Source: Candidatus Micrarchaeota archaeon (lineage in GTDB: Archaea; B1Sed10-29). Taken from it: a DNA stretch of 64,000 bases. Made by a program: the position numbers and the translations under genes. The first letter of the stretch is position 1. The number at the start of each line of letters is the position of its first letter. This document shows positions 54,835 through 64,000 of the stretch, piece after piece. The notes under the pieces were generated by a model, which ran no database searches, was not told where the DNA came from, and saw only the letters and a list, made by a program, of their open reading frames with translations. The stretch lies in contig CAZOFO010000002.1 in assembly GCA_964579265.1 (NCBI GenBank), positions 22,856-86,855 of the forward strand. The letters run 5' to 3'.

Positions 54835-55353
54835 ATGTTTGGCAAGGCGCTTTCCAGGGAAGAAAGAAATCAATTCATGAATATATCAATGGCTGGGAAA
54901 GAGAAGATAGAAGAAGGAGATAAGGGAAGAATACTCTATACCATCAGAGAAGGGAAAGTAACTGAAAAAGATTTGAAGAACATTTTTCCAGAAGAATATA
55001 ATTATCTAAAAAAACTTAAGAAGAAAGAAAAAGGCATATTAGGGCTATTTGACGATACAAACTACGTCCATAAATACTTCTTTACTATCCACAACAAAAA
55101 ATACGACTGTAGAGTAAGACCAGGAAAGATAATTGGTTTCAAAGCAGAAAAAAGAGGAGAAAAAGATAAGATGAAAGCTAACGTAAAATATCATAATGGA
55201 GAAGTAGAAGAAAGCAGTTTAGAGATATTCCCAGGAGTCGAGCTTACGGACATAAATTTAAACAGCTATGTTTTAATCCATAAGAGCACAGTATGTCAGG
55301 AAATAACTGAAGAAGAGTACCAAAAAATAGTTAATGAATACTATGAATCTTGA
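54835..55353 (+). CDS. hypothetical protein
   Basis: 172-aa ORF. The start is likely an internal Met (MNISMAGKE at 54880). No recognisable motif. Confidence 0.35.
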   Translation: MFGKALSREERNQFMNISMAGKEKIEEGDKGRILYTIREGKVTEKDLKNIFPEEYNYLKKLKKKEKGILGLFDDTNYVHKYFFTIHNKKYDCRVRPGKIIGFKAEKRGEKDKMKANVKYHNGEVEESSLEIFPGVELTDINLNSYVLIHKSTVCQEITEEEYQKIVNEYYES

Positions 55354-55666
55354 TAATCTAAAAATTATTCCATTGATGGAGAAGGGTATATAGAGTACGG
55401 TACTGAAGATAGTATCGATGAAGTAGAAGATTGGTACGTAGAAGAATTCGGAGAACCTCAATACATTCCTTCCGATGAGAACCAGGAAATATTTGCTTAT
55501 ACGGAAGATGAAGGGTTTGAAGAAGTCTTTATAATCGAATTATCTGAAGATGAGTATACCCATATCGTAGTAGTAAAAGGAGGACAACTTTAAGAACTCA
55601 AAAACCCGGCTCTCGATCGAGAGCCGTTATCTTTTTATATTTAATTTTCTTATAAGCGGACACTAT

Positions 55667-56968
55667 TTAAGGGTAAACTCTGTTTATCATTCTTGGGAAT
55701 CCTATAGTTTCTCTAATATGGTCTCTTTTGAATAACCAGGATATTATCCTTTCCAGTCCTACTCCGAATCCAGAGTGTGGTACTGAACCGTATTTTCTTA
55801 GGTCTATGTACCATTCGTAAGCTTCTTTATCAGCACCTTTCTCATCAAGTCTTCTTAAGAGTTCATCTAAATCCCATATTCTCTCTGATGCTCCTATTAT
55901 CTCTCCGTATCCTTCTGGAGCTAGCATGTCGTTACATAGTACTGTTTCTTTTCCTTCTTCTTCATCAGCTATTGGCATGTAGAATGGTTTTATCTTTTTC
56001 GGGAAGTTGTAGATGATCAAAGGTTTCTCTCTTTCTTCCATGAGTGCTTTTTCATGTCCTGTTCCAAGGTCTTCTCCCCACTCTATTTTCATTCCTCTGT
56101 TTTGAAGTTCTTCTATAGCTTCCGTGTAGCTAATCTTTGGGAAAGGTTTTTCTATTTTCTTCAATTCTTCTGGTTTTCTACCTAGTTTATCTAGAGTATC
56201 TTCTTTTTCTTCCGCTATTTTCTGTGCTACGTATGATATCATTTCTTCTTGGAATTCCATGTTGTCTTCATTGTCGTACCAGGCCATTTCTGCTTCTAAG
56301 TGCCAGTATTCTGTTAGGTGTCTACTTGTTCTTGATTTTTCTGCTCTGAAGCTCGGTGCTATACAGAAAACTTTTTCCAGCGATGTTATGAAAGCTTCTA
56401 GATATAATTGGGATGATTGTGTTAGGTAGGCTTTGTCATCGAAGTATTCTAAGTCGAATAGTGTTGATCCTCCTTCTACTCCTGCTTGAGTTAATAATGG
56501 TGGGTGGGCTTCGTGAAAATCTTTTTCATTGAAGAATTCTCTGAAATATTTTATTGTTGCTTCTCTGGCTTTCAACATCCTGTTCATTTTTGTGCTTCTT
56601 AACCAGAGATGCCTCACATCCATTAAGAAAGAAGTTGAAGGGTCTTCAGTTATTGGGAACTTCTGTGCTTTGTGGTAATGTTCGAATTCTTTCCCTTTTA
56701 TTTCGTATCCTCCTGGCGCTCTTTTATCTTCTTTGATTTCCCCGGTTATTTTTACGCTGGATTCTACTTTGGTGTCTTTTGCTTGTTCAAATCCTGGAGA
56801 ATCTTCTTTGAATACACATTGGATTATTCCTGTGGAGTCTCTTAGGGTTATGAATGCTATTTTCCCGGTGCATCTTTCTCTGTGCACCCATCCACGGAGC
56901 TTTATTTCTTCTCCTTCTTTTCCTTCTTGTTTAATTTCTTCTATTTTGCTCCATTCTTTTTCTTCCAT
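55667..56968 (-). CDS. aspS: aspartyl-tRNA synthetase, archaeal type (class IIb; could also be AsnRS)
   Basis: N-terminal OB fold (IKLRGWVHRERCTGKIAFITLRD). Motif 1 PPLLTQ. LTQSSQLYLE. Motif 2 FRAEKSRTSRHLTEYWHLEAE. Motif 3 GFGVGLERI. Confidence 0.8.
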   Translation of the reverse strand: MEEKEWSKIEEIKQEGKEGEEIKLRGWVHRERCTGKIAFITLRDSTGIIQCVFKEDSPGFEQAKDTKVESSVKITGEIKEDKRAPGGYEIKGKEFEHYHKAQKFPITEDPSTSFLMDVRHLWLRSTKMNRMLKAREATIKYFREFFNEKDFHEAHPPLLTQAGVEGGSTLFDLEYFDDKAYLTQSSQLYLEAFITSLEKVFCIAPSFRAEKSRTSRHLTEYWHLEAEMAWYDNEDNMEFQEEMISYVAQKIAEEKEDTLDKLGRKPEELKKIEKPFPKISYTEAIEELQNRGMKIEWGEDLGTGHEKALMEEREKPLIIYNFPKKIKPFYMPIADEEEGKETVLCNDMLAPEGYGEIIGASERIWDLDELLRRLDEKGADKEAYEWYIDLRKYGSVPHSGFGVGLERIISWLFKRDHIRETIGFPRMINRVYP

Positions 56969-57039
56969 GTTATCATCCTTTTTCCTTACTCTTATTCACA
57001 TGTCTAAAATATTTATCTTACAAACTCATTAATTAACCT

Positions 57040-58203
57040 ATGTTATTTATTGGTCAGCTTTATCCGAATTCAGAGAAAGAAATGACTAAGTTCTTCAGAA
57101 ATGAAGTAAAGGACTTGGAAAGTAAATTGATAGATAGATTAATAGAAAAGGAGTTTCGGGAGGTTCTGAATCCTAAGGTTTTATCGGAAAGAGACATTGA
57201 TTTACAAGGTATAGGTGAAGATCAATATATAGAGACTGAAAACGGTTTTATTCCTTTTAAAGAATCTGTAAAGTGGCTTCCTTCGCTTGAGTTAGTTTCA
57301 ACTGAGTTTAATACTCCTATAAAGTTATTTTCATCTTCTCAGTCTCTTTTTAATTCTTTTAATATGTCTTTAGTTTTAATGGAAAGTACAGTTGGTCTTG
57401 ATGATATGAAAAAGATTTCTAAAGATCTGTTTGATGATGGTTCTTCAGTTGCTTTTGAAAAAACAAATGCTTCTAAACCTCTTTCAAAGGAATTTAAGGT
57501 TCTTTTTGATGAAAAAGAAGTAGGTATTTGCGGTATTTATTCCTTTTCTACTCTTTCTAATTTTAATATAGATACTGCTGTTGGTTATTTGAATCTAGAT
57601 TTAGCTTCTATAATCGCTGGTAAAAACTCTATTTCTTCACAGGAGTCTCTTTATCCTCAATTAACAGGTAGGATGAAGATGAATGATGAAGAGATAGCTG
57701 AATCCGTTCAGATTGATAAGGAGCCTCTTACTCCTTTTGGAAAATCTTTAAGAGATAAATTAAAGGAAGAAATGGTTAGAGAAAGGATAAAGGGGACTGG
57801 GAAAAGATCGAAATTATTAGAGATTAGTTTTAAAGATAAAAAGATCCAGGTCTGGATCCTCAATAGGGATAGTACTACTAGAAAAGGGCTTTTTAATGAG
57901 TTATATGTGTGGAGAAGTGGTCTTTACGCGGTTCCAAGAACGAATATTGGTGGTGCGATGAGGAAAATCAAGAAAGAAGGGACTGAAACAGGTATTAATA
58001 TGCTGGATTCTATTTCTTCTTGGTTGGCTTGGGAAGCGGAGCATATGGGTTGTGAAAAGAAAATAGTAAAGCTTAGCAGTATTGATTCTATTGAATCAAG
58101 TAATATTAAACTTCCTGAGAACTTAAAAGATCAGGTGGAGTCTATTGATCTTAAAGGGGATCTTGAACTTGAGCTTGAGTTGAAGCTACTTGAGTCTGAT
58201 TGA
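57040..58203 (+). CDS. hypothetical protein with atypical codon usage
   Basis: 387-aa ORF. Unlike neighbouring plus-strand genes its coding strand is T/G-rich (GGT, GAT, CTT, TTT codons). No motif I can name. Confidence 0.4.
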   Translation: MLFIGQLYPNSEKEMTKFFRNEVKDLESKLIDRLIEKEFREVLNPKVLSERDIDLQGIGEDQYIETENGFIPFKESVKWLPSLELVSTEFNTPIKLFSSSQSLFNSFNMSLVLMESTVGLDDMKKISKDLFDDGSSVAFEKTNASKPLSKEFKVLFDEKEVGICGIYSFSTLSNFNIDTAVGYLNLDLASIIAGKNSISSQESLYPQLTGRMKMNDEEIAESVQIDKEPLTPFGKSLRDKLKEEMVRERIKGTGKRSKLLEISFKDKKIQVWILNRDSTTRKGLFNELYVWRSGLYAVPRTNIGGAMRKIKKEGTETGINMLDSISSWLAWEAEHMGCEKKIVKLSSIDSIESSNIKLPENLKDQVESIDLKGDLELELELKLLESD

Positions 58204-60081
58204 CTCTAGGTTTTTTGGAGACTTTGTTTTTACATTGAACTTGTAGTTCAGGCTTTTTGCGAAGTTCTTGGTCTTGTTTTCTTCTCCGTGTACTACTAGT
58301 ACTCTTTCTGGTTTTGGTTTTAGTTTTTTGTAGTATCCTAATAATTCGTTTATGTCGGCGTGTCCGCTGAATCCGCTTATTGATTCAATATTTGCTTTTA
58401 CCTCGTATTCTGTTAGTTCTCCGTTTTTGTCTTCTAGTACTACTTCTTTGTTTCCTTTTTCTATTTTCCTTCCTAGTGTTCCTTGGGCTTGGTATCCTAC
58501 GAATATTATTGAGTTTTTAGAATCGTCACAGAGTTGTTTGAAGTAGTCTATTACTGGTCCTCCGGACATCATTCCGCTTGGGGATATTATTACTGATTTT
58601 CCTCTGTCTGCTATTTCTTCTCTTTCACTTGGGTCCACGTTTTGGAATATTTCTGATTCGAAGGGGGATTTATTATGTAATATTTTTTTCTTAACGTTCT
58701 TTTTGAGGTGTTCTGGGTATGCTGTGTATATTGCTGATGCTTCTTTTATCATTCCGTCTATATAGACTGGGATGTTGAAATTGTTTTTTCTATGGTGTTC
58801 TTCTAGTATTAGCATTATTGCTTGGGATCTTCCTACTCCGAAGCTAGGTATTAGTGCTGTTCCGTTTTTGTCTGTTGTTTCTTTTATTATTCTCATTAGT
58901 TCTTTTTTACTTTTTCTTGTGTCTTTTTGCCTGTCTTCTTGTCCTCCGTAGGTTGATTCTATCATTAGTGTTTCTATTCTTGGGAATTTTGTGTGTGCTG
59001 GGTTGAGCATTTCTGTGTATCCGAATTTTAAGTCTCCTGTGTATACTAGGTTGTGTGCTCCTTCTCCTATGTGTAGGTGGGTTATGCTTGATCCTAGTAT
59101 GTGTCCTGCGTTTTGCAGTGTTAGTCTCATGTCTGGTGTTATGTCTGTGACTTCTCCGTAGTCTTTTGCTATTGAGTGGAGTATTTGTTTTCTTATTTCT
59201 TTCTGGCTGTAGGGTGGTGTTTCTCCTTCTTTTTTAGCTATTTTTATGAAGTCTTTTTGTAGGAGAGTCATCAGTGTTCTTGTTGGTGTTGTGGAGTATA
59301 CTGGGCCTTCGTATCCGTAGTTGTATAGGTAAGGTACGAATCCTGAGTGGTCGAGGTGTGCGTGGCTCACTATTACTGCGTCCAGTTCGTCTAGTGAGAA
59401 GTTTATTGATGAGAGTAGTGGGTATTTTTCTTGGGTTTCTCTTCCATCTACTTTTATCCCTGCATCCAGCATTACTTTGCTTTCAGGTGTTTCTAGTAGG
59501 AAACAGCTTCTTCCTACTTCTCTGTTTGCTCCTAGGGAAGTTGTTCTTACCCATTCTACTTCTTCTGGTGGTTCTTGGAATATTTTTTTCCCGAATCTTT
59601 CTAGTGTCTTTTTTCTTTCTTCTTCCTCTTCTACTAGGATGTTTCTTATTGCTTTTAGGGTTTGTGGGTTTTCTTTTGGTACTCTTTCTAGTTTTGGTTT
59701 CCATCCTGTTTTTGTTGTTATTTCTCGGATTGTTTTTCCTTTTTTTCCTATTATTAGTCCTAGTTTTCTGGCTCTTATTGTTACTCTGCTGAAGCTTGGG
59801 CTGAATTTGATTGATTCTATCCCGGGGTCTCTTGGCACTATGTCTTTTATTATTTCTCTTGTTCTTTCAGGTGTTTCCAGCATTGATTTGTCTGTTCTCG
59901 GGATGAATCTTTTTTTGAATTTCTTTGCTAGGTTTTTTATTATTGATTCATCATTGATTAGCTTTGAGATGTTTTTTGAGTATATTACTAGGTCTGATCC
60001 TTCTGCTTCGATTTTGCTTACTCTTGCTTCTTCGGGTATTTCTTCTTTTATTTCTTCTTTAAGTTCATCTAAGTATGTCAT
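58186..60081 (-). CDS. aCPSF1 / FttA: KH-domain beta-CASP ribonuclease (transcription termination factor)
   Basis: N-terminal KH domains (IIGKKGKTIREI), HAHLDHSGFVPY, beta-CASP motifs and C-terminal VVHGEENKTKN. Length 631 aa is typical of aCPSF1. Confidence 0.85.
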   Translation of the reverse strand: MTYLDELKEEIKEEIPEEARVSKIEAEGSDLVIYSKNISKLINDESIIKNLAKKFKKRFIPRTDKSMLETPERTREIIKDIVPRDPGIESIKFSPSFSRVTIRARKLGLIIGKKGKTIREITTKTGWKPKLERVPKENPQTLKAIRNILVEEEEERKKTLERFGKKIFQEPPEEVEWVRTTSLGANREVGRSCFLLETPESKVMLDAGIKVDGRETQEKYPLLSSINFSLDELDAVIVSHAHLDHSGFVPYLYNYGYEGPVYSTTPTRTLMTLLQKDFIKIAKKEGETPPYSQKEIRKQILHSIAKDYGEVTDITPDMRLTLQNAGHILGSSITHLHIGEGAHNLVYTGDLKFGYTEMLNPAHTKFPRIETLMIESTYGGQEDRQKDTRKSKKELMRIIKETTDKNGTALIPSFGVGRSQAIMLILEEHHRKNNFNIPVYIDGMIKEASAIYTAYPEHLKKNVKKKILHNKSPFESEIFQNVDPSEREEIADRGKSVIISPSGMMSGGPVIDYFKQLCDDSKNSIIFVGYQAQGTLGRKIEKGNKEVVLEDKNGELTEYEVKANIESISGFSGHADINELLGYYKKLKPKPERVLVVHGEENKTKNFAKSLNYKFNVKTKSPKNLESIRLK

Positions 60082-60284
60082 ATTTTAAACCTTTTTCTGT
60101 GTCTATTTCTATTTCTATAAGTTTCTAAGCTATTTCTTTGGGTTTGGTTATTCCTAGTTCTGTTTTTTCTGGTTTTTTAATCCTTTTAGGTATTTTATTA
60201 CTTTTTTGCTTCTTTATCTAGCTTTGTAGGTTTAGGTTTTAGTGCTTCGGGTGGATGAGCCTTATTTTTTAAATTATTAATTTT

Positions 60285-60950
60285 TTATATTTTATTGAGC
60301 TCTATATCTTCTTTCATTTCTTCTATTTCTTCTTGGGTGTATTTTTTTGATCCTTCTTCAGTTATTTTCATCAGGTGAATTTCTCTTCCTCCTGACATGG
60401 AGTCTCTTTCTTTTGCTGCGTGTATTGCTTTTAGTGCTATTTCTAGATTTTCTTCTACATTGTTATCTTCTTCGTAGTAGTTTTCTAGAACTCCGTATGC
60501 TACTTGTGATCCTGATCCTGATGCTGTTGCTTTTTTCTCTAGTTTGCCTCCTAGTGCGTCTATGGAGTATAGTTTTGGTTCTTGATCGTATCCTCCCATT
60601 GTTAGAGCTACGTAGTATGGTATTATTCTGTTTCTTTGCAGTACATTTGCTAGAAGTGTTGCTGCAGAGTCTACGTTCATTTTCTTTTTTCTTTCTAGTT
60701 GGTATAGATTTGTTTGTGCTTTCATTATTCTTCCTAGTGTTTGTGCGTCTCCTACTCCTCCTGCTATTGTTATTGATATGTGGTCCTGTAGGGGGATTAT
60801 TTTTTCCGCGTATTTATCGGAGACTAGGTGTCCTAATGATGCTTGGCTTTCGGTCGCTAGGACTACTCCTTCTTCTGATTTTAGACCTAGCGTTGTTGTT
60901 CCTGTTTCTTCTTGTTTTTCTATTTGTCTGTCGTTTTTTTGTGGTGTCAT
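60285..60950 (-). CDS. psmB: proteasome subunit beta
   Basis: Propeptide followed by the Thr1 site GTTTLGLKSEEGVVLATE. Conserved GSGS also present. Confidence 0.85.
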   Translation of the reverse strand: MTPQKNDRQIEKQEETGTTTLGLKSEEGVVLATESQASLGHLVSDKYAEKIIPLQDHISITIAGGVGDAQTLGRIMKAQTNLYQLERKKKMNVDSAATLLANVLQRNRIIPYYVALTMGGYDQEPKLYSIDALGGKLEKKATASGSGSQVAYGVLENYYEEDNNVEENLEIALKAIHAAKERDSMSGGREIHLMKITEEGSKKYTQEEIEEMKEDIELNKI

Positions 60951-61055
60951 TGTAGAACTTCCTCTTGTCTATTAATTATATGTAGAATTCAGAGTTTGAC
61001 TTTACTCTGGGTGAGTTAAATTGTTCGTGTCACTGCAAGTATTTAAAACTATTGT

Positions 61056-61766
61056 TTATTCCTTCGCCTCATCCTTTTCTGATCCTTCGTCTCCATTATT
61101 TTCTTCTTCTTCTGTGTCTTCTTCTTTTATTTCTACTTCTTCGTAGCCTGTTTTTTCTTTTATTTTCTCCTTCACGTCTTCTTCTTCCGATTCTTTTTCA
61201 TCTGGAAATGTTCCTATTGGCACTTTTACTTTTAGTTTATCCTCTTCTTCTTTTGTCTTTATTTCTTCTTTTGATACAGGTAAATCTTTTTCTATCAACA
61301 TTTTAGCTTTTTCTTCATCTTCTTCTATTTTTTCCATTATTTCTAGGTTGTATTTCAATTCTTTTCCTGCTAATGGGTTGTTGAAATCTACTCTTACTCT
61401 TCCTCCGGACACTGTTTGTATTTTTGCTGGTTTTCCATCCAGTATAACTTGTAGACCTGGCATTGGGGTTACGTCTGTATCTTCGAAGTCTTTTTTTGGA
61501 ACCATTTCTACTTTGCTAGAGTCTCTCTTTCCGTAAGCTTTTTCGGGTGGAATTGTAAATTCTTTTTCTTCTCCTTCTTCCATTTCTTCAAGTTTTTCCA
61601 TTACTCCTTCTATGAGTTCGTCTTCATCAGTGACTTTCTTGGGTTCGTAGTCCAGTTTCTCGTTGTATATGTCGTTTTCTTTTGCTATTTCTTCTTCTGT
61701 GGTATCAAATACGTCTCCTGTTCTCTTGATTCTTCCAGTGTATTTTATCTTGTAGAATTTATCCAT
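61056..61766 (-). CDS. FKBP-type peptidyl-prolyl cis-trans isomerase with an acidic C-terminal tail
   Basis: KIKYTGRIKRTGDVFDTT...MPGLQVILDGK...GGRVRVDFNNPLAGKEL is an archaeal FKBP/SlyD-like core. Confidence 0.75.
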   Translation of the reverse strand: MDKFYKIKYTGRIKRTGDVFDTTEEEIAKENDIYNEKLDYEPKKVTDEDELIEGVMEKLEEMEEGEEKEFTIPPEKAYGKRDSSKVEMVPKKDFEDTDVTPMPGLQVILDGKPAKIQTVSGGRVRVDFNNPLAGKELKYNLEIMEKIEEDEEKAKMLIEKDLPVSKEEIKTKEEEDKLKVKVPIGTFPDEKESEEEDVKEKIKEKTGYEEVEIKEEDTEEEENNGDEGSEKDEAKE

Positions 61767-61912
61767 TTTCTGATCACTTCGTTGTATTGACTTTTAGAAC
61801 TCGTTTTCTTCTCGGTATTAATTTTTACTCTGATGGTATATAAATATGATGCGGTTTTGCTAAAATATATAAGTGTAGGTGTGAGTAATTAAACATAGAT
61901 AAATGTTTTTAG

Positions 61913-63076
61913 GTGGTAGAAATGGAAAAGAAAGGTATAATACTCGTAATTATAATATTATTTGGACTTTCGATTGGTCCTGTAACACAGTTTCTAGGCG
62001 GTGAAGAAGAGCTTGAGGAACCAGAGGAATTTGAAGATCCTGGAATGGATCAGGAATTAAGAAGTGTTTATGCAGATTTCTTAGGGTCGGTTGAAGAGGT
62101 AGATCCTTACCTGTATGTTGAAGTAGTGGATTATGAAGGTGACAGATCCTTTTTAGATCAATTAATTGAATCAGAGGCTGGTGAAGACTCTAACTACAGT
62201 ATAAGCTCTCCTGTAGTTTCTGATGGTTACAATGAACACGAGGCGGAGATATACGTTGATAATTATTCCGAGGCTAGGAGAATAGGATTCAGATTACAGT
62301 TCAACCTTGAAGATCATTACGATGAGATTTTAATCTATAGAGATTCTGTTGTCTCATTACCTTCAAATATCACTGGAAGAGATCAAAATGAAGAACCAGT
62401 AGATATTTATGCTGATAATGAATCTGTCTCTTCAAAAATCCTTTATTCTGGTTCTGAAGGTGAAGAGAGAGTAGTATGTCCTCAAATGGTAGTGGATAGA
62501 GATGGTTCTTTCGTACGTTCTGAAACTGAATGTATTCAAAGTGATTTTAACCAGCACGAATACGGGGTAACCCCGGATCACTTCATGGAGGATGGAAGTA
62601 CTTTCACTGAAAACAGGTCTTTGGAGATTCTCGAAGTCAATGATTATTACTCCAGGTACTCCTACGGGGAAATGGATATCTCTGAACAGGAAATCAAGGA
62701 GAGTTTAGGGAATTTAACGGATGATATAGAAGTAGATAATGAAACTAAAACAGTTAAGATAACTTCAGAAGATGAAGAGGTATTTGATGAATATTTAAAT
62801 GCTATTGAAGAGCTTGGATTAAGTTTTAATGAGTCTTCAAAGTACGTGGAAGCCGAACTTGTCAGTAAAGAGATTGATTTAGATGAAGAAGAACCTTATA
62901 TAATTCATAAACCTGAGATTTACTCTACTAGCTTAGAAGTGCCTTTGGATGCTGAGGGTGAAGTAGAAGCAGAAGTTTCTTTTGATATTATACATGGAGA
63001 AATAATAGATATAGATGCTGATGCTGGCCTGGATACTGATTTTGATCCTGCGCCACCTATAACGATAGAGCCTTAA
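61913..63076 (+). CDS. acidic secreted/membrane-anchored hypothetical protein with atypical codon usage
   Basis: N-terminal TM (GIILVIIILFGLSIGPV), then a D/E-rich sequence. The coding strand is T/G-rich, unlike the flanking genes. Confidence 0.4.
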   Translation: MVEMEKKGIILVIIILFGLSIGPVTQFLGGEEELEEPEEFEDPGMDQELRSVYADFLGSVEEVDPYLYVEVVDYEGDRSFLDQLIESEAGEDSNYSISSPVVSDGYNEHEAEIYVDNYSEARRIGFRLQFNLEDHYDEILIYRDSVVSLPSNITGRDQNEEPVDIYADNESVSSKILYSGSEGEERVVCPQMVVDRDGSFVRSETECIQSDFNQHEYGVTPDHFMEDGSTFTENRSLEILEVNDYYSRYSYGEMDISEQEIKESLGNLTDDIEVDNETKTVKITSEDEEVFDEYLNAIEELGLSFNESSKYVEAELVSKEIDLDEEEPYIIHKPEIYSTSLEVPLDAEGEVEAEVSFDIIHGEIIDIDADAGLDTDFDPAPPITIEP

Positions 63077-63145
63077 ATCTAGTAAGTAATCTGGATAGAA
63101 TGAAAAATTAAAGAAAAGGTTTTTTGTGTTTTTTCAGGTTTTTAT

Positions 63146-63481
63146 TTACTGTAGCTCCATTATTGCTTCTGCTATGTCTCCATCTGTTTTTTCTAATGCT
63201 TTTTTTGCTTTTTCTTCTGATGTTTCTGCTTTTTCCACTACAGTTTCTACATCTTCTTCGCTGTAGCTTTTTTTCTTTCCTTTTTGCACGTCTCCCATTA
63301 TCTGGAATGTTTGTTTTCCCTGCATCTCTATCAGAGTCACGTCTGGATTCTTTACTACGTAGTTCTCTTTTCCTTTTATCAATACTTCTTCTGCATCTAT
63401 CTTTTTGGGTTCTAAACCCATTTGCTTCATCATCTTCTGCATTTTCTTTGGATCTAGTGATCCTGGCATCATGTTTATCAT
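63146..63481 (-). CDS. nac: nascent polypeptide-associated complex protein (NAC alpha homolog)
   Basis: MMPGSLDPKKMQKMMKQMGL plus the NAC domain (EVLIKGKENYVVKNPDVTLIEMQGKQTFQI) and a C-terminal UBA-like DIAEAIMEL. Confidence 0.75.
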   Translation of the reverse strand: MINMMPGSLDPKKMQKMMKQMGLEPKKIDAEEVLIKGKENYVVKNPDVTLIEMQGKQTFQIMGDVQKGKKKSYSEEDVETVVEKAETSEEKAKKALEKTDGDIAEAIMELQ

Positions 63482-63567
63482 CCTCGTTTTATCTTAATTC
63501 GATTAATTTTCCAAGTTAAACTATTTCTTTTTTAAGTACCGATTCCTTTATATCTAATGGATTCGAT

Positions 63568-64000
63568 ATGTCAACTATACTAGGAAGATTTTCAGAGTAC
63601 CTTGACTTGAACTTCGGAGGTGATTCGAAGAAGATAGAGGATGCTATAGAAACTTATTTGGATCATGGAGGAGTTCTGAAACTTGAGAGAAATGGTGAAG
63701 GTACTCCAGATCTTATATATCCAGGTAAGAAAAGAATAAAGAAACAGTTGAAAGAAGTGAAGAGAAAGGAGAAATACTTGAAAGAAGAATTACTTAAACT
63801 ACGTAGGAAGAAGAGAGAGAAAGATAGAGATAATCTAGATCCTTTGAAAAAATCCTTGAGCCCTATCTACTGGAAGCACCTCTATAAGAAAAGGACTGAT
63901 GATGATTACAAGGAGGCTTATGAAGAGATAGACCCGCCTATGAGTAAAGTCAATGATTCGGAATGGAAAAGTATGCTTAAAATGTTTGTTAATGAATCCG
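63568..64000 (+). CDS. hypothetical protein, 3' end outside the window
   Basis: Open frame from ATG 63568 (MSTILGRFSEYLDLNFGGDSKKIEDAIETYLDHGG...) to the window edge. Purine-rich like other plus-strand genes. Confidence 0.35.
   Translation, partial: MSTILGRFSEYLDLNFGGDSKKIEDAIETYLDHGGVLKLERNGEGTPDLIYPGKKRIKKQLKEVKRKEKYLKEELLKLRRKKREKDRDNLDPLKKSLSPIYWKHLYKKRTDDDYKEAYEEIDPPMSKVNDSEWKSMLKMFVNES

Noticed and set aside
56995-57015. Partial look-alike of the 11-mer (acatgtctaaaatat) upstream of the 57040 gene
   Set aside because: It lacks the central GTAGTGC core and is most likely chance similarity in A/T-rich sequence.
1-64000. rRNA genes, SRP RNA, RNase P RNA
   Set aside because: No GC-rich structured stretch of suitable length is present outside the annotated genes. 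Only four tRNAs and one candidate C/D-box sRNA were found.

Overview
This 64 kb window is an AT-rich archaeal chromosome segment with almost no non-coding space outside one island. Archaeal assignment rests on ribosomal proteins L31e/L39e/S19e, aIF6, TFE, G1P dehydrogenase, GGGP synthase, a proteasome beta subunit, aCPSF1, Pus10, aTrm56, Rpp21 and intron-bearing tRNAs. The proteins are Lys/Glu-rich, and the coding strand of nearly every gene is strongly purine-loaded. That bias makes strand calls easy and marks the antisense ORFs in the six-frame track as shadows. This composition suggests a small-genome, possibly DPANN-type archaeon, but that is inference only.

Core content:
- RNA processing and translation: RtcB (5'-truncated by the window), RtcA, deoxyhypusine synthase, Pus10, aTrm56, the RNase P protein Rpp21, aCPSF1, a shorter beta-CASP RNase, and AspRS.
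- Ribosome and protein handling: the conserved block FtsY - prefoldin alpha - aIF6 - L31e - L39e - PDCD5-like protein - S19e, followed by SRP54; also NAC alpha, an FKBP and proteasome beta.
- Other functions: two single-domain KaiC-like ATPases, an A24 prepilin peptidase, PIMT, endonuclease IV, DtdA, and a RecJ/GAN-like DHH nuclease.
- Archaeal lipid genes: G1P dehydrogenase next to GGGP synthase, a ferredoxin next to geranylgeranyl reductase, and a GNAT domain fused to a CDP-alcohol phosphatidyltransferase.
- Oxidative-stress cluster: rubrerythrin, desulfoferrodoxin and a small ferritin-like protein.
- Four tRNAs (Phe, intron-containing Lys, Met-CAT with an A1:U72 pair, and one Gly-like gene carrying about 28 nt of extra sequence), two very large surface proteins and one 1202-aa coiled-coil membrane protein.

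The most unusual signals:
1. An exactly conserved 11-mer, GTAGTGCCTAA, occurs 12 times. Most copies sit a few nucleotides downstream of a TATA-like box and point toward the next gene. Four copies cluster in a 650-bp gene-free stretch.
2. A roughly 3.3 kb low-coding island directly downstream of tRNA-Met carries its own 25-nt repeat family abutting TATA-like boxes. It also has genes with atypical codon usage and a 59-aa ORF resembling the N-terminal fragment of an SSV-type partitioned integrase.
3. A candidate C/D-box sRNA lies on the minus strand with its own TATA box.
4. An A10 homopolymer disrupts the N-terminus of glyA. An A9 run would restore a canonical SHMT N-terminus.
5. A tandem ThyX-like protein has both RHR signatures degenerate.
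6. Two C2H2 zinc-finger proteins are encoded convergently around a wHTH gene.
7. A rhomboid protease carries a long coiled-coil insertion.
8. Two genes have sharply atypical codon usage.
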